Below, one piece after another: positions 11,881 through 25,140 of a stretch of DNA of 32,504 nt. Both the position numbers and the translations under genes were made by a program. This DNA comes from Octopus bimaculoides (lineage: Eukaryota), in assembly GCF_001194135.2 (NCBI RefSeq), contig NC_068984.1:123947516-123980019 (forward strand), in the 5' to 3' direction. Within the stretch, counting starts at the first letter, position 1. Each line of letters starts with the position of its first letter. The notes below the pieces were generated by a model. That model saw only the letters and a program-made list of their open reading frames with translations, did no database searches and had not been told where the DNA came from.

Positions 11881-12036
11881 AAAAAATAATATCAGTCTTC
11901 TATATCCAGACAATCAGGTCAGCGTGATGGTCGTTATCGGTGCCTAGTCTACACTTGTTACAGAAGAATAAGTTCCTTGTTGATTATAGGCCAAAATCTC
12001 TGGGATTAGCAATTTATAATTAGTAATAGCATTGTT

Positions 12037-12283
12037 GTGGAGGCACGTGGCTTAGTGGTTAGGGTGTCAGCATCATGATCGTAAGATTGTGGTTTCGATT
12101 CCTAAACCGGGCGACGCGTTGCGTTCTTGAGCAAAACACTTCATTTCATGTTGCTCCAGTCCACTCAGCTGGTAAAAATGAGTAACGCTGCGATGGTCTG
12201 GCGTCCCGTCCAGCTGGAGAAACCGCCATTGAAACCGGAAACCGGCCCCATGAGCTTGGCTAGGCTTTAAAAGGGCGCATTTA
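12037..12283 (+). mobile_element. Full-length family-B tRNA-headed SINE
   Basis: About 93% identical to 3376-3625 by manual count (roughly 15 substitutions and one indel). Confidence 0.9.
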
Positions 12284-13507
12284 CTGTTTTTTTAAAAAAT
12301 GCTATTGTTAGGAAATGTTCTTTGACTGTTAATATTTGTTTTCAGTTTTCTTTTGGATATNNNNNNNNNNNNNNNNNNNNNNNNNNNNNNNNNNNNNNNN
12401 NNNNNNNNNNNNNNNNNNNNNNNNNNNNNNNNNNNNNNNNNNNNNNNNNNNNNNNNNNNNNNNNNNNNNNNNNNNNNNNNNNNNNNNNNNNNNNNNNNNN
12501 NNNNNNNNNNNNNNNNNNNNNNNNNNNNNNNNNNNNNNNNNNNNNNNNNNNNNNNNNNNNNNNNNNNNNNNNNNNNNNNNNNNNNNNNNNNNNNNNNNNN
12601 NNNNNNNNNNNNNNNNNNNNNNNNNNNNNNNNNNNNNNNNNNNNNNNNNNNNNNNNNNNNNNNNNNNNNNNNNNNNNNNNNNNNNNNNNNNNNNNNNNNN
12701 NNNNNNNNNNNNNNNNNNNNNNNNNNNNNNNNNNNNNNNNNNNNNNNNNNNNNNNNNNNNNNNNNNNNNNNNNNNNNNNNNNNNNNNNNNNNNNNNNNNN
12801 NNNNNNNNNNNNNNNNNNNNNNNNNNNNNNNNNNNNNNNNNNNNNNNNNNNNNNNNNNNNNNNNNNNNNNNNNNNNNNNNNNNNNNNNNNNNNNNNNNNN
12901 NNNNNNNNNNCACATACAAATATAAAAACAAAATGACCAACGATGACAAGTAAATTTCACCGTTAGAAGCGTTAAATTAGCCTCATAAAACATAAAAATC
13001 TAGTCCTTCCCTTCAGAAACACACGCCTTTATATTTATCGTTGATATAACATTACATTTTATTTCCATATTAAAGTAGCGATGACGTTAATTAAAGAAGA
13101 ATTAATGTATTACACCGGACATTAAAAGAAAAATTAATTAATTTTAAATATGTGATGAGAGGAAAAAAGAAACAAGCGAAATAAAAAATATTAGTGACTA
13201 ATATATTATTTTAATTTTTCGGCAAGTACGAGAGATAACTCCGGATATATTGCACTCTCATTCTGACCTCATCAGTAAAGTGTAACCTGTATCGTAATTG
13301 TCCAAGCAGCGATGAAATAGTTATTAGGTGAATGTATAGGATTTGTTGAAGAAAGAAAATAAGGCTCATTAGGGAATAAATAGTTCAGAAGCGCAATTAA
13401 CATGAAAAACGAGCAATTAAGTTAGAAATTAAGATATTATGTTAACATAATTTATTTATGCATTTAATGTTGGTAGCATTAAAGAAATGCTAATTAGAAA
13501 TATGAAA

Positions 13508-13745
13508 GGCGGCGAGCTGGCAGAAACGATAGCACGCCGGGCGAAATGCTAAGCGGTATTTCGTCAGCCGTTACGTTCTGAGTTCAAATTCCGCCGAGGT
13601 CGACTTTGCCTTTCATCCTTTCGGGGTCGATTAAATAAGTACCAGTTATATACTGGGGTCGATATAATCGACTTAATCTGTTTGTATGTCCTTGTTTGTC
13701 CCCTCTGTGTGTAGCCCCTTGTGGGCAGTAAAGAAATAAGAAATA
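13508..13745 (+). mobile_element. Full-length family-A tRNA-headed SINE
   Basis: A box tggcagaaacg; B box GAGTTCAAATTCC (13580-13592); central gcctttcatcctttcggggtcgattaaataagtacca, which resembles the Meta/MESC SINE domain as I recall it. Confidence 0.9.
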
Positions 13746-14426
13746 TGAAACAAGACAAAAGTCACCAATTCATACAATTAGCAGATGGCGCCTCTGAATA
13801 TTTTAGAGAACAGTGCCAATAACATTTCATTCCAATTATATATATGTTGTAAAAAAGCTGTNNNNNNNNNNNNNNNNNNNNNNNNNNNNNNNNNNNNNNN
13901 NNNNNNNNNNNNNNNNNNNNNNNNNNNNNNNNNNNNNNNNNNNNNNNNNNNNNNNNNNNNNNNNNNNNNNNNNNNNNNNNNNNNNNNNNNNNNNNNNNNN
14001 NNNNNNNNNNNNNNNNNNNNNNNNNNNNNNNNNNNNNNNNNNNNNNNNNNNNNNNNNNNNNNNNNNNNNNNNNNNNNNNNNNNNNNNNNNNNNNNNNNNN
14101 NNNNNNNNNNNNNNNNNNNNNNNNNNNNNNNNNNNNNNNNNNNNNNNNNNNNNNNNNNNNNNNNNNNNNNNNNNNNNNNNNNNNNNNNNNNNNNNNNNNN
14201 NNNNNNNNNNNNNNNNNNNNNNNNNNNNNNNNNNNNNNNNNNNNNNNNNNNNNNNNNNNNNNNNNNNNNNNNNNNNNNNNNNNNNNNNNNNNNNNNNNNN
14301 NNNNNNNNNNNNNNNNNNNNNNNNNNNNNNNNNNNNNNNNNNNNNNNNNNNNNNNNNNNNNNNNNNNNNNNNNNNNNNNNNNNNNNNNNNNNNNNNNNNN
14401 NNNNNNNNNNNNNNNNNNNNNNNNNN

Positions 14427-14520
14427 TAATAAACACTCACAACGCCCGGTCTGGAAATCGAAACCGCGATCCTCCGACCGCAAGTCCGCTGCCTTAACCA
14501 CTGGGCCATTGCGCCTCCAC
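14427..14520 (-). mobile_element. tRNA-derived SINE head running into a gap
   Basis: Minus strand gtggaggcgcaatggcccagtggttaagg...ggtttcgatttccagaccgggcgttgtgag has A and B boxes. Confidence 0.8.
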
Positions 14521-14629
14521 AATTAAACTTATACATACATAGATATATCTAAACGTATCTATATAATAATGTAGCAGAAACTCGTCGAGGAGCTTTCTAA
14601 GCACGTTATGATATCACCAAAGTAATATC

Positions 14630-14631
14630 AA

Positions 14632-14704
<73 letters not shown>

Positions 14705-14925
14705 GTACGTGGGGTGCTGAAAAGTTCTTGGCTTTAAGGGTGTCGCGAAAAGCCTGGCTGGAGGTCTAACCTTGCGAGTTCTTTAACATGGCTTAGAAAA
14801 ATTGAAAGAACGCTGTGTGTGTGAATCTGACAGGAGGACATGTTAAATAAAATCATAATTAACTGATCTTTCTGTATTTTCTTGTACCTAAAGCCAGGAA
14901 CTTTTCAGCACCCCTCTTATGTGTG

Positions 14926-14985
<60 letters not shown>

Positions 14986-15028
14986 GTTATCTATCTGTCT
15001 GTTGGTCTGTCTGTCTGTCTGTCTGTCT
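14630..15028. repeat. (TATC)n / (TCTG)n tracts flanking the MITE
   Basis: Direct reading: ~14630-14703, ~14925-14985, ~14990-15028. Confidence 0.95.
14708..14917 (+). mobile_element. 210-bp mariner-derived MITE / internal deletion derivative
   Basis: TIRs cgtggggtgctgaaaagttcttggcttta and taaagccaggaacttttcagcacccctct. TA duplications at 14706-7 and 14918-9. Internal remnant GLEKLKERC...VNLTGGHVK* resembles the mariner transposase C-terminus. Confidence 0.9.
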
Positions 15029-15404
15029 ATAAAGGGAAAGAGTGTTTGCCCAGTACGCCAACGATTCTGAAAATCGCTGCAACGGAAAGGAATAAACATC
15101 CTCCCCATACACATATACACATTATATATATTTATATATGCACATGCATATACGTAATATATAGGTATATGTTGCCGTACGCGCATGCGTAAAAGAATAT
15201 CTACTTTCATATAAGTGAACGTGTGTGTGTGTATATGTGTGTGTGTGTTTGTCAGTGTAAACGAAACGGCCGCCATATATGTTATACTTTAGTCAGTGTT
15301 ACGGGCACTGTCCCTCCCTTCCAACCCAAGGCATACAATTGTATCTTTTGTGTAAAACAAAAACCTACGTCATCATTGTAGCTATCGATATTTAATCAGA
15401 TAAC

Positions 15405-15470
15405 GTTGCTATGGTAACATCAGCCAGAATGATGCGTTGGTCACACATTTTTACCATTTCCTTATAAATA
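15405..15470 (+). promoter_or_regulatory. RFX X-box (15405-15418) and TATA box (15463-15470)
   Basis: GTTGCTATGGTAAC fits the RFX palindromic consensus; TATAAATA lies 44 bp downstream; both are in non-repeat sequence. Confidence 0.45.
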
Positions 15471-15689
15471 CTCTATGACAAAAGCAACGCTACGTCCATT
15501 CCTGTTATCAGTTACCGATATCTCTCACTCTTCCCCATCACTCTCCCTCCCTTCTTCCCTCTTCCCTCTTCCTCCCCCAATCTCTCTCCTTTGGTCCCAC
15601 GCTTCTGTTTTTCCCTTTCTCACCTCACCCTCTTTGTCTATATTTTTCTTTGTTTTTCGTTTTCTCCCTTCTTCCTTGTTTCGTCATAC

Positions 15690-16168
<479 letters not shown>

Positions 16169-16261
16169 ATCAAATGGCAGTAAGAACATCAACAATACTA
16201 TTTTCTTTTATTGACCACAAAAGCTTAATTTTTTTCCTAATTTAAATCAGCAATACCGAAT

Positions 16262-16699
16262 GAAAAGTGTTAATCGATATCTTCGGGTCAGTACATGACT
16301 GGTACTTTGTTATATTGACCCTGGAGATCTGAAAAGCAAAGTTTCCTCGGTAGGATTTCAGCTCACAATGTAAAGAACCGGAAGAATTACTGCAAAGCAT
16401 ATTTTTTTTTTTATGAATGCCTTAAGATTCTTTCAATCCACAACCCTATAATATCTTGGTAATAATAATTTTTTTTCTGATTTAGGCACAAGGGTAGCAG
16501 TTTTGAAAGGGATGATTTAGGCACAAGGGATGATTTAGGTACAGGGGTAGCAGTTTTGGAAGTTGATACTTTCGATTCCAATATTTGATTTCTACTTTAT
16601 TTTATCGATCCTGGTGGGATGAAACCCAAAACTGACTCAGTAAAAAACCGGTGGAATGCCGTAAGGTATTTTGTGCGGCGCTCTAACAATTCAGCCAGC

Positions 16700-16700
<1 letters not shown>
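16262..16700 (-). mobile_element. Two degenerate family-A SINE copies (~16262-16400, ~16478-16700)
   Basis: Family-A motifs; the second has a local duplication of gggatgatttaggcacaa. Confidence 0.65.
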
Positions 16701-18159
<1,459 letters not shown>

Positions 18160-18259
18160 CATTCTGATCTTAACAGATTGGAAGTATTATCATGTACATG
18201 TTTTGTCTTGATATAAAAGTTGGGCTACAGCAAATATTCTGTTCAATATAAACGGTTTA

Positions 18260-18474
18260 CTTGTCAGACAAACACATAACAAAAACACCAGGACTTACAA
18301 ATATATATAACATACAGAAAACTGCACTACTGGGCACTGCACACATCCTACGCAAAACACTTTCAATACAGTAACCATAAGAGCAACACAGCAAACCACA
18401 GCACATACCCAAGGTACACAGAGCCGCGTTCGGTAGTGAAGTGAAAGCACGCTATAAAAACAAAACTACTGAAC

Positions 18475-18540
<66 letters not shown>
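18260..18540 (+). mobile_element. 3' end of an RLE-type (R4/Dong-like) LINE with 3' UTR and (TAA)n tail
   Basis: KTPGLTNIYNIQKTALLGTAHILRKTLSIQ* (stop 18372-18374), then a ~100-bp UTR and (TAA)n at 18475-18540. Confidence 0.9.
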
Positions 18541-18756
18541 TGTATCATAGGTTGAAGAAGGGTGTAAATAGTGGTACAGAAGGATAAGATCGCCTTATTA
18601 CTTAAATGGAAGTGTTTGCCATATTCAGCAATCATTGTTCAAAACCATGGAAAACTTCAAGGACATAAAGACTTGAAGGAACTACATATAATAATAATGA
18701 AAATGGAGGTTCACCAAGAGAAATTAGAGGCAAATTTCTCTCAAATCACACCCTGG

Positions 18757-18831
18757 TAATGATGTTGGTGATGATAATGATGACGGTGATGATGATGGTG
18801 GTGTTGGTGGTGGTAGTGGTGGTAGTGGTGG

Positions 18832-18881
<50 letters not shown>

Positions 18882-19200
18882 GTGTTGACGATGATGATGA
18901 TAATGGTAGCTGTGGTGGTGGTGATGATAATGATTATGATGATGATGATAATGGTGGCAGTGGTGGTGGTGGTGGTGTTGGTGTCGATGATGATGGTGGT
19001 GGTGGTGGTGGTGATGGTGGTGGTGATGGTGGTGGTGGTAGCGATAATGATGGCAGTGGTGACGGTGATGCTGATGCTGATGGTGGTGGTGGTGAGGGTG
19101 ATAATGATGGTGGTGGTGGTGGTAGTGGTGGTAGTAGTGGAAGTGATAATGGTAGTGACGACGATGATGATGCTGATGATTACCGTGGTGATGGTGGTAT
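18757..19200. repeat. Cryptic trinucleotide repeat (TGA/TGG/TAG mosaic)
   Basis: Direct reading; source of the spurious poly-His and poly-Met/Val ORFs. Confidence 0.95.
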
Positions 19201-20539
19201 TTATATTGGGAGGCCTTCTCTGTTTGATTGGTTAGTGTTTGCAGAAAGGATGAGATTGTTGTGTCTGTGGTATTTGCATTTTCCCGACAGATGACAGTCA
19301 AAAATCGATAGAATTGGAAAGTTGTATGGTGGTATTGATAGTGTTGTTATTGCAACTATTATTGGGGCTGTTTTTGTTGTTGCTATTCTTGTTGTGGTTT
19401 AGCCCGTGATCAGCTTCAATCAAGCAGACCTGTGATCAAAGAAATTCCAGTTGTGTAGCAGAACTGCATTTTCCACTGTAGCGTTTTCGTCAGGTGTGTG
19501 TTAAAGGAAATCTAGTTGCTATTTCTAGTAGGTCAGGTTCTCATTGGGAGCTATCTCATTGAAACATTTTTGTTGTTGGTGGTAGTGGTGGATGGTATTG
19601 AAGCTATCGAGTTAATGTTATCGGGAACAGTCTTGGAGACTGAAGGTTAGTGGCAGGTATGTTTTTTTTTTTTTGTTTTTAGTAAAATTGGGTCAAAAAA
19701 TATTTTTTGAAGATTTTTGTTCTTTCTTGATATTCAATTAAGATCATTTGCTATAAACCTTCCTAAACAAGTCTTGAAAGCTGAACAGAAAATACACACA
19801 CCAGACCTGTGTCATTTCTACTTTTATNNNNNNNNNNNNNNNNNNNNNNNNNNNNNNNNNNNNNNNNNNNNNNNNNNNNNNNNNNNNNNNNNNNNNNNNN
19901 NNNNNNNNNNNNNNNNNNNNNNNNNNNNNNNNNACACACACACACACAAAAGGAGCAGTAAATGGGGAAATCACCGTAGAGGAAAGTACTACCAAAAGAA
20001 ACGAAAATGATTCAGTGTTGGTTTTTTAATATGAATTGGAGCGATTTTGACGACATGTTTGACAATAATAACGGAGTCCAATTGGAAAGAAGAATGAAGA
20101 ACAGGCAAGGAGAAATTTACTTAACGAGGAGAGGGGAAAGTTTTGGATGCCCTCGAAGGATGAAGTGAAAATGGCTCTAACCGATGTTTTGGAAAATATC
20201 TTTTCTGTTGCGAGAAACGGTGCCTACCTACTTTCGGAAATCGGGGGTGGAGACAAAAGACAAGCAGTGGTTGTAAGATATAGACTCACCCATTAAATTG
20301 TACTGGAGTACATGAGCCAAAACCAACGTGTAAGGGGTGTTAGAAACGATATTGATCTTTAGGTTCCTTGTCATCTTTGTAGCACAATAAAGGTGGGTGG
20401 TAAGAAATGAGATAATGAAGAACGGTATATAGTCTGGGCGGTAGAGATTAGCAGGGATTTAGAAGCCTTTGTGGACATTCATGATTGAAGGAACATTCTG
20501 GAGCAGCGCTATGTCATGTGTACAGAAGCACGAGAATGA

Positions 20540-20755
20540 AACTGTTTATTGGCAGAATCGGAAGGGCGTTGGAAAAAAATGCTATGTGGCATTTTTCCTG
20601 CTCTTTATGCTCTGTGTTCGAAAGTCGTCGGGGTTAACTTAACCGTTCATTCCTTCGGTTTCGATAAAATAAAGTACCATTCAAACATTGAGGACAATGG
20701 TATCGACTACTTACCCTCCTCTTAAATTTGTTGGCCTTGTGCCTATGTAAGAAAC
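20540..20755 (+). mobile_element. Degenerate family-A SINE
   Basis: ggcagaatcg head, cattccttcggtttcgataaaataaagtacca core, ggccttgtgcctatgtaagaaa tail. Confidence 0.7.
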
Positions 20756-20756
20756 C

Positions 20757-20765
20757 ATTATTATT

Positions 20766-20797
<32 letters not shown>

Positions 20798-20847
20798 TGT
20801 CATCATCATCATTGTCATCATCATCATTATTATTATTGTTATTAGTT

Positions 20848-20890
<43 letters not shown>

Positions 20891-21335
20891 CAGTCGGAGG
20901 AAGAGGAGTTGTGGGGGATTGGTGGTGAGAAGCGTTAAGGACTACATGCGTAACTGGGTTTAGCTTTGTCTTCTGTAGAGATAGTAATAAGAATGATAAG
21001 GACGAGATGATAGTGGTGTGGGTTTCTATTGTGGCGGGAAAGCTGTCGTCGTAGGAGCAGGGACGGTGATGACTGTGTGGGTGGCTGAGGTATAGGTGAT
21101 GGCGGGGATGTTGGTGGTAACAATGTGACGACAGAACTGTAGGATTGGTGATAGTGATTGGGGTAGTGATCGTGGGGATGGTGGTGATAGTAATGGTGGT
21201 GGTGGTGGTGGTGGTGGCGATGGTGGTTGTGGTGGAGATGTTGTGTGGTAGTGGTGGACGTTGTGGTTGTGGTTGTGGTGGTGGTATGGGGCAGTGGTGG
21301 ACGTTGTGGTTGTGGTGGTAGTGGTGGTGGTGGTG
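20757..21335. repeat. (CAT)n, (TAG)n and degenerate (TGG)n tracts
   Basis: Direct reading. Confidence 0.93.
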
Positions 21336-21491
21336 CAAGCATATGCAATGCATCTGTGCAACAGTGTGGGCAGTGCTCAGTGAATGCATTGTCTGTATGT
21401 GCTTCTGCGCATGCGTATCTGTATGTATGCATGTGCGTTTAAAAATATATGTAAGTACGTTTATGCGAACATATCCATGTGTGTGTGTGTA

Positions 21492-21723
21492 TTATTTCTT
21501 TACTACTCACAAGGGGCTACACGCAGAGGGGACAAACAAGGACAGACAAACGGATTAAGTCGATTATATCGACCCCAGTGCGTAACTGGTACTTATTTAA
21601 TCGACCCCGAAAGGATGAAGGGCAAAGTCGACCTCGGTGGAATTTGAACTCAGAACGTAGCGGCAGACGAAATACCGCTAAGCATTTCGCCCACCGTGCT
21701 AACGTTTCTGCCAGCTCACCGCC
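21492..21723 (-). mobile_element. Full-length family-A SINE, same tail subtype as 13508-13745
   Basis: Close reverse-complement match to 13508-13745. Confidence 0.9.
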
Positions 21724-21977
21724 GTGTGTGTGCGTGTGTGCTTGTATATGTGTGCATGTGTATATGTGTGCATATAGGTTTGTTTGTTTGTTTGTGTGTA
21801 TGTGTGTATGTGTGTGTGAGTGTGTGCGTGCGTGCGCGCGCATGTGCAAGTGCTGAAGGCAGTAAAAGCCAAAGGAAGTTTAATCTGTGTCCGATGAAGA
21901 AGCATCGAAGGTGTCCGAGCGGACGGGTGTGGAAAATACGGTGAGTGATAGTTATAGTTGCTATAGTGATAGTATAC

Positions 21978-22121
21978 CATCAAAGTCAACCTCATTAATC
22001 ATATCTCTAATCTCTTGTTCGGTCGGATTCTGACCCAGGGAACGCAGCACGGTCCCTAGTTCCCTAGCGGTAATCTTCCCATCTTTATCTCGGTCAAACA
22101 TGGTGAACGCCTCCCGATATT
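21978..22121 (-). CDS. Internal coding exon of a calmodulin-like EF-hand protein (EF-hand 1 and start of EF-hand 2)
   Basis: Translation (E)[47 protein letters not shown](G). EF loop [12 protein letters not shown] is canonical (D1, D3, D5, G6, E12). Acceptor ttcttcttttccctttcAG ends at 22122; donor GTatac starts at 21977. Length 144 nt with phase 1-1 matches the conserved calmodulin exon covering residues ~12-59. 35/49 identities to canonical CaM by manual comparison. Confidence 0.93.
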
Positions 22122-22167
22122 CTGAAAGGGAAAAGAAGAAGAAAATATATAAAATCACAAAAAGAAT

Positions 22168-24625
22168 ATTTATTTCAAATTTTGGCTCAAGGTTAACAAT
22201 TTTAGGGGATGGGGTAAGTGGATTACGTCCACTCCAGTGCTGAACTGGTACTTATTTTATCAATCCCGAATGGCAAAGATGAAAGGTATATTTGACCTTG
22301 GAGGAATTTGAATTTAATGTGCAAAGATAGAAGAAACGCGGCTAAGCATTTCTCCCGGTGTGTTAACGATTCTGCCAGCTCACCGCAATAAGAATATTCA
22401 TTTCTACTCTAGGCACAAGGTACGAAATTTTTGGGGAGAGGCCCAGTCGATTAGATCGACCTCAGAACGCAACTGATACTTGATTTCTCGACCCCGAAAG
22501 GATGAAAGGCCAAGTCGACTTCGGCGGAATTTGAACTCAGAACGTAAAGACAGACGAAATACCGCTAAGCATTTCGCCCGGTGGGCTAACTATTTTGCCA
22601 GCTCACCGCCTTAATCACAATAAGAATATTCTTTCCACTCTAGGTACAAGGCCTGAAATTTGGGGGGAATGGGGCAGTTGATTAGATCGACTCCAGTACG
22701 CAAGTGATACTTAATTTATTGACCCCAAAAGGATAAAAGGCAAAGTGGACCTGGGCGGAATTTGAACTCAGAACGTAGAGACAGAAGAAATACTTATAAG
22801 CATTTCGTCCAGCGTGCTAAAGCATCTGCCAACTCGCCGCCTTTAAGTGATAGATATATTGATAGATAAAGAGTAAGACAGACAGTCAGAGTTTAGTTAA
22901 TTGACAGGAACATTAGAGCGTCAGAAAAACTATATTGTAATATTTTGGTGCATCAACCTGCGTTCTGAGTTCATATCCTACCGAAACAGACTTTGCTTTG
23001 AATGATTCCAAGTTCGATGAAATGAAGCACAAATCAAGCAACACGATCGAAGTAGTCGACTAACTCCTTCCTATCAAAATCACTGGCCTCGTATCTAAAT
23101 TACGAACAGTAAGTGATGGATCGGCAGACTTATAGGAAACTCAGAAAAAATTACTTTCAGCGTTTATTCTATAAGTTGTGAGTTCAAATTTAGCCGAAGT
23201 CAGCTTCACTTTTCATTTTTTCAGGATCGATTAAATATTCTACCACTTAAGTACTCGGGTCAATGCAATCGACTACCACTCGCTCATCAAAATTACTGGC
23301 CTTGTAACTAAATAAGAAATAATTTTTTACAGTTAGCTGGCACAAATGGCTGAGAGTCAGACGAAAATATTTAGCAACATTTCTTCCGACTCTACAAAGT
23401 CTGAGTTCATATCCCGCTGAGATCAACTTTTCTTTCATCTTTTCGGGAGTCGAAAAATAAGAGAGGTAATTTTTATTTCATCTTTTGTACAGCGAGGGGC
23501 TGGGGAGAAAAGCAGTGCCCCTAACACGTAACTGGGCTTCCTAGACTGGTACGAAGGATAGAAGTAGGAAGGTATCGTCAAATAGGGAACCTGGTCCCAA
23601 TGCATGCAACGAAGTGAACTTCCCTAAAGGCTGTTGTTAAATCGGATGACGAATTAAACTTATCAAGTAGGCCTCGGTGTGGATTGAACTCGGAACTCAC
23701 AGAGGCCCGATAATAGCGCAACCATGATCTTACAGCTCTGAAATTAAAAGATATTGGATTGATACGCTTTTTATGAAAGACAAAGTGACATCATTAAGAA
23801 TTGAACTCGGAGGGTAGAGTGTCAGAGCAATTAACACGAAGCATTCTGTCTGATATCTTACTACTCTGTCAATTCGCTGCGGTTAACTTGTGTTCTGTGA
23901 ATTCATCTCTAAGTGGGACAGGCAAAATATCTCAAACATTTCAGTAATATTGGTTTAAAATTTTGGCACAGGGCCAGAAATTTGGGGGAAGGGGCTAGTC
24001 GATTACATTGACCCCCCCAGTGCTTAACTGGTAATTATTTTATCGTCATCTAAAGGATAAAAGGCAAAGGCGACCTTGGAGGTATTTGAACTCAGAGTGT
24101 AGCGATGGAAGAAATGTCTTTAAACATTTTTTCTGACATGCTAACGATTCTATCAGCTCGCCCCTAATATATATAAATATTGGTTTCAAATTTTGGCAGA
24201 AGGCCAGCAGTATCAGGGAAGGGGAAACATCTATTACATCGACCCCACTGCTCAACTGGTACTTATCTTATCGACCCCGAAAGAAATGAAAGCAAAGTCT
24301 ACGTTGGTGGCTTTTGAACTCAGTACGTAAAGACGGACGAAATGCCGCTATGCTTTTCGTTCGGTGTGCTATCGATTTTGCCAACTCGCAGTTATAAAAC
24401 ATCTCGAAATTGATTTCAAATTTTGGCACAAAGCCACAAAGCTCGGGTAAGGACGTAGGTCGATTTCATCACCCTCAGTGATTACGTGGTACTTATTTTA
24501 TCCACCCTTAGAGGATGAAAGGCAAACTCGACCTCGATGGAATTTAAACTCAGAACATTATGTCAAACGAAAGCCCCCTAAACATTTTGCCCGGTGTGCT
24601 AACAATTTTGCCAGCTCGCCGCCTT
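22168..24625. mobile_element. Dense array of about 10 family-A SINEs: minus ~22168-22388, 22395-22610, 22622-22841; plus ~22915-23110, 23115-23320, 23330-23460; minus ~23750-23890, 23948-24165, 24176-24392, 24410-24625
   Basis: Repeated units with gaatttgaactcagaacgta, cgaccccgaaaggatgaaaggc, ccagctcgccgcc. Plus-strand copies are older and more diverged. Confidence 0.88.
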
Positions 24626-25063
24626 AAAACATTTCTAAATCTTAGCATGTAACACTTTACAGTTGCTGTTATCAGAATTCTATTCTCCTGTCTTTGTTGT
24701 TTCACTTTGAAACCAGCCACATCTATCGACGAATATTTCAAAGACTATAATAACTGACATGCATACCGATACTCATACATGTATGCATACACTCACCCTA
24801 GCATGCTTGCAATATAATATAATAATATTCGTTTGCACGCTTCCATTCATAGGTGCACTTACTCCATGCATATAACACATCCCCATTCAAAGATTTACAG
24901 ATCAGTGTATAGAATGAACTTATCACGTATGTATATATATANNNNNNNNNNAACATTTTATCAAAGTATTTTATCAGTGGCTAGCATATAAAAAATACCT
25001 TTTAAGGTGAAAATTATAAATACGATTCTATTTTCTTTTTCTTTTTGCCCTTATCTATAATTG

Positions 25064-25065
<2 letters not shown>

Positions 25066-25140
<75 letters not shown>
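25066..25140. repeat. (TATC)n
   Basis: Direct reading. Confidence 0.97.

Noticed and set aside
13778-13791. CTCF-like motif ttagcagatggcgc
   Set aside because: Single 12/14 match with no supporting context.
18741-19301. 186-aa poly-His ORF and the opposing poly-Met/Val ORF
   Set aside because: Translation of a TGA/TGG trinucleotide mosaic; no splice or homology support.
19270-19325. Minus-strand SNSIDF / FLTVICRE, resembling the calmodulin GTIDFPEFLTMMARK exon
   Set aside because: The two pieces are in different frames, PE is missing, there is an in-frame stop and no AG acceptor; probably chance.
20072-20296. ~75-codon stop-free plus-strand frame (NLLNEERGKFWMPSKDEVK...)
   Set aside because: No recognisable domain or splice boundaries; length expected by chance.
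20634-21442. His/Thr/Pro-rich ORFs
   Set aside because: Simple-repeat translations.
22168-24625. CRISPR-like or satellite array
   Set aside because: Units are diverged ~220-bp SINE copies in mixed orientation, not repeat-spacer arrays; the DNA is eukaryotic.
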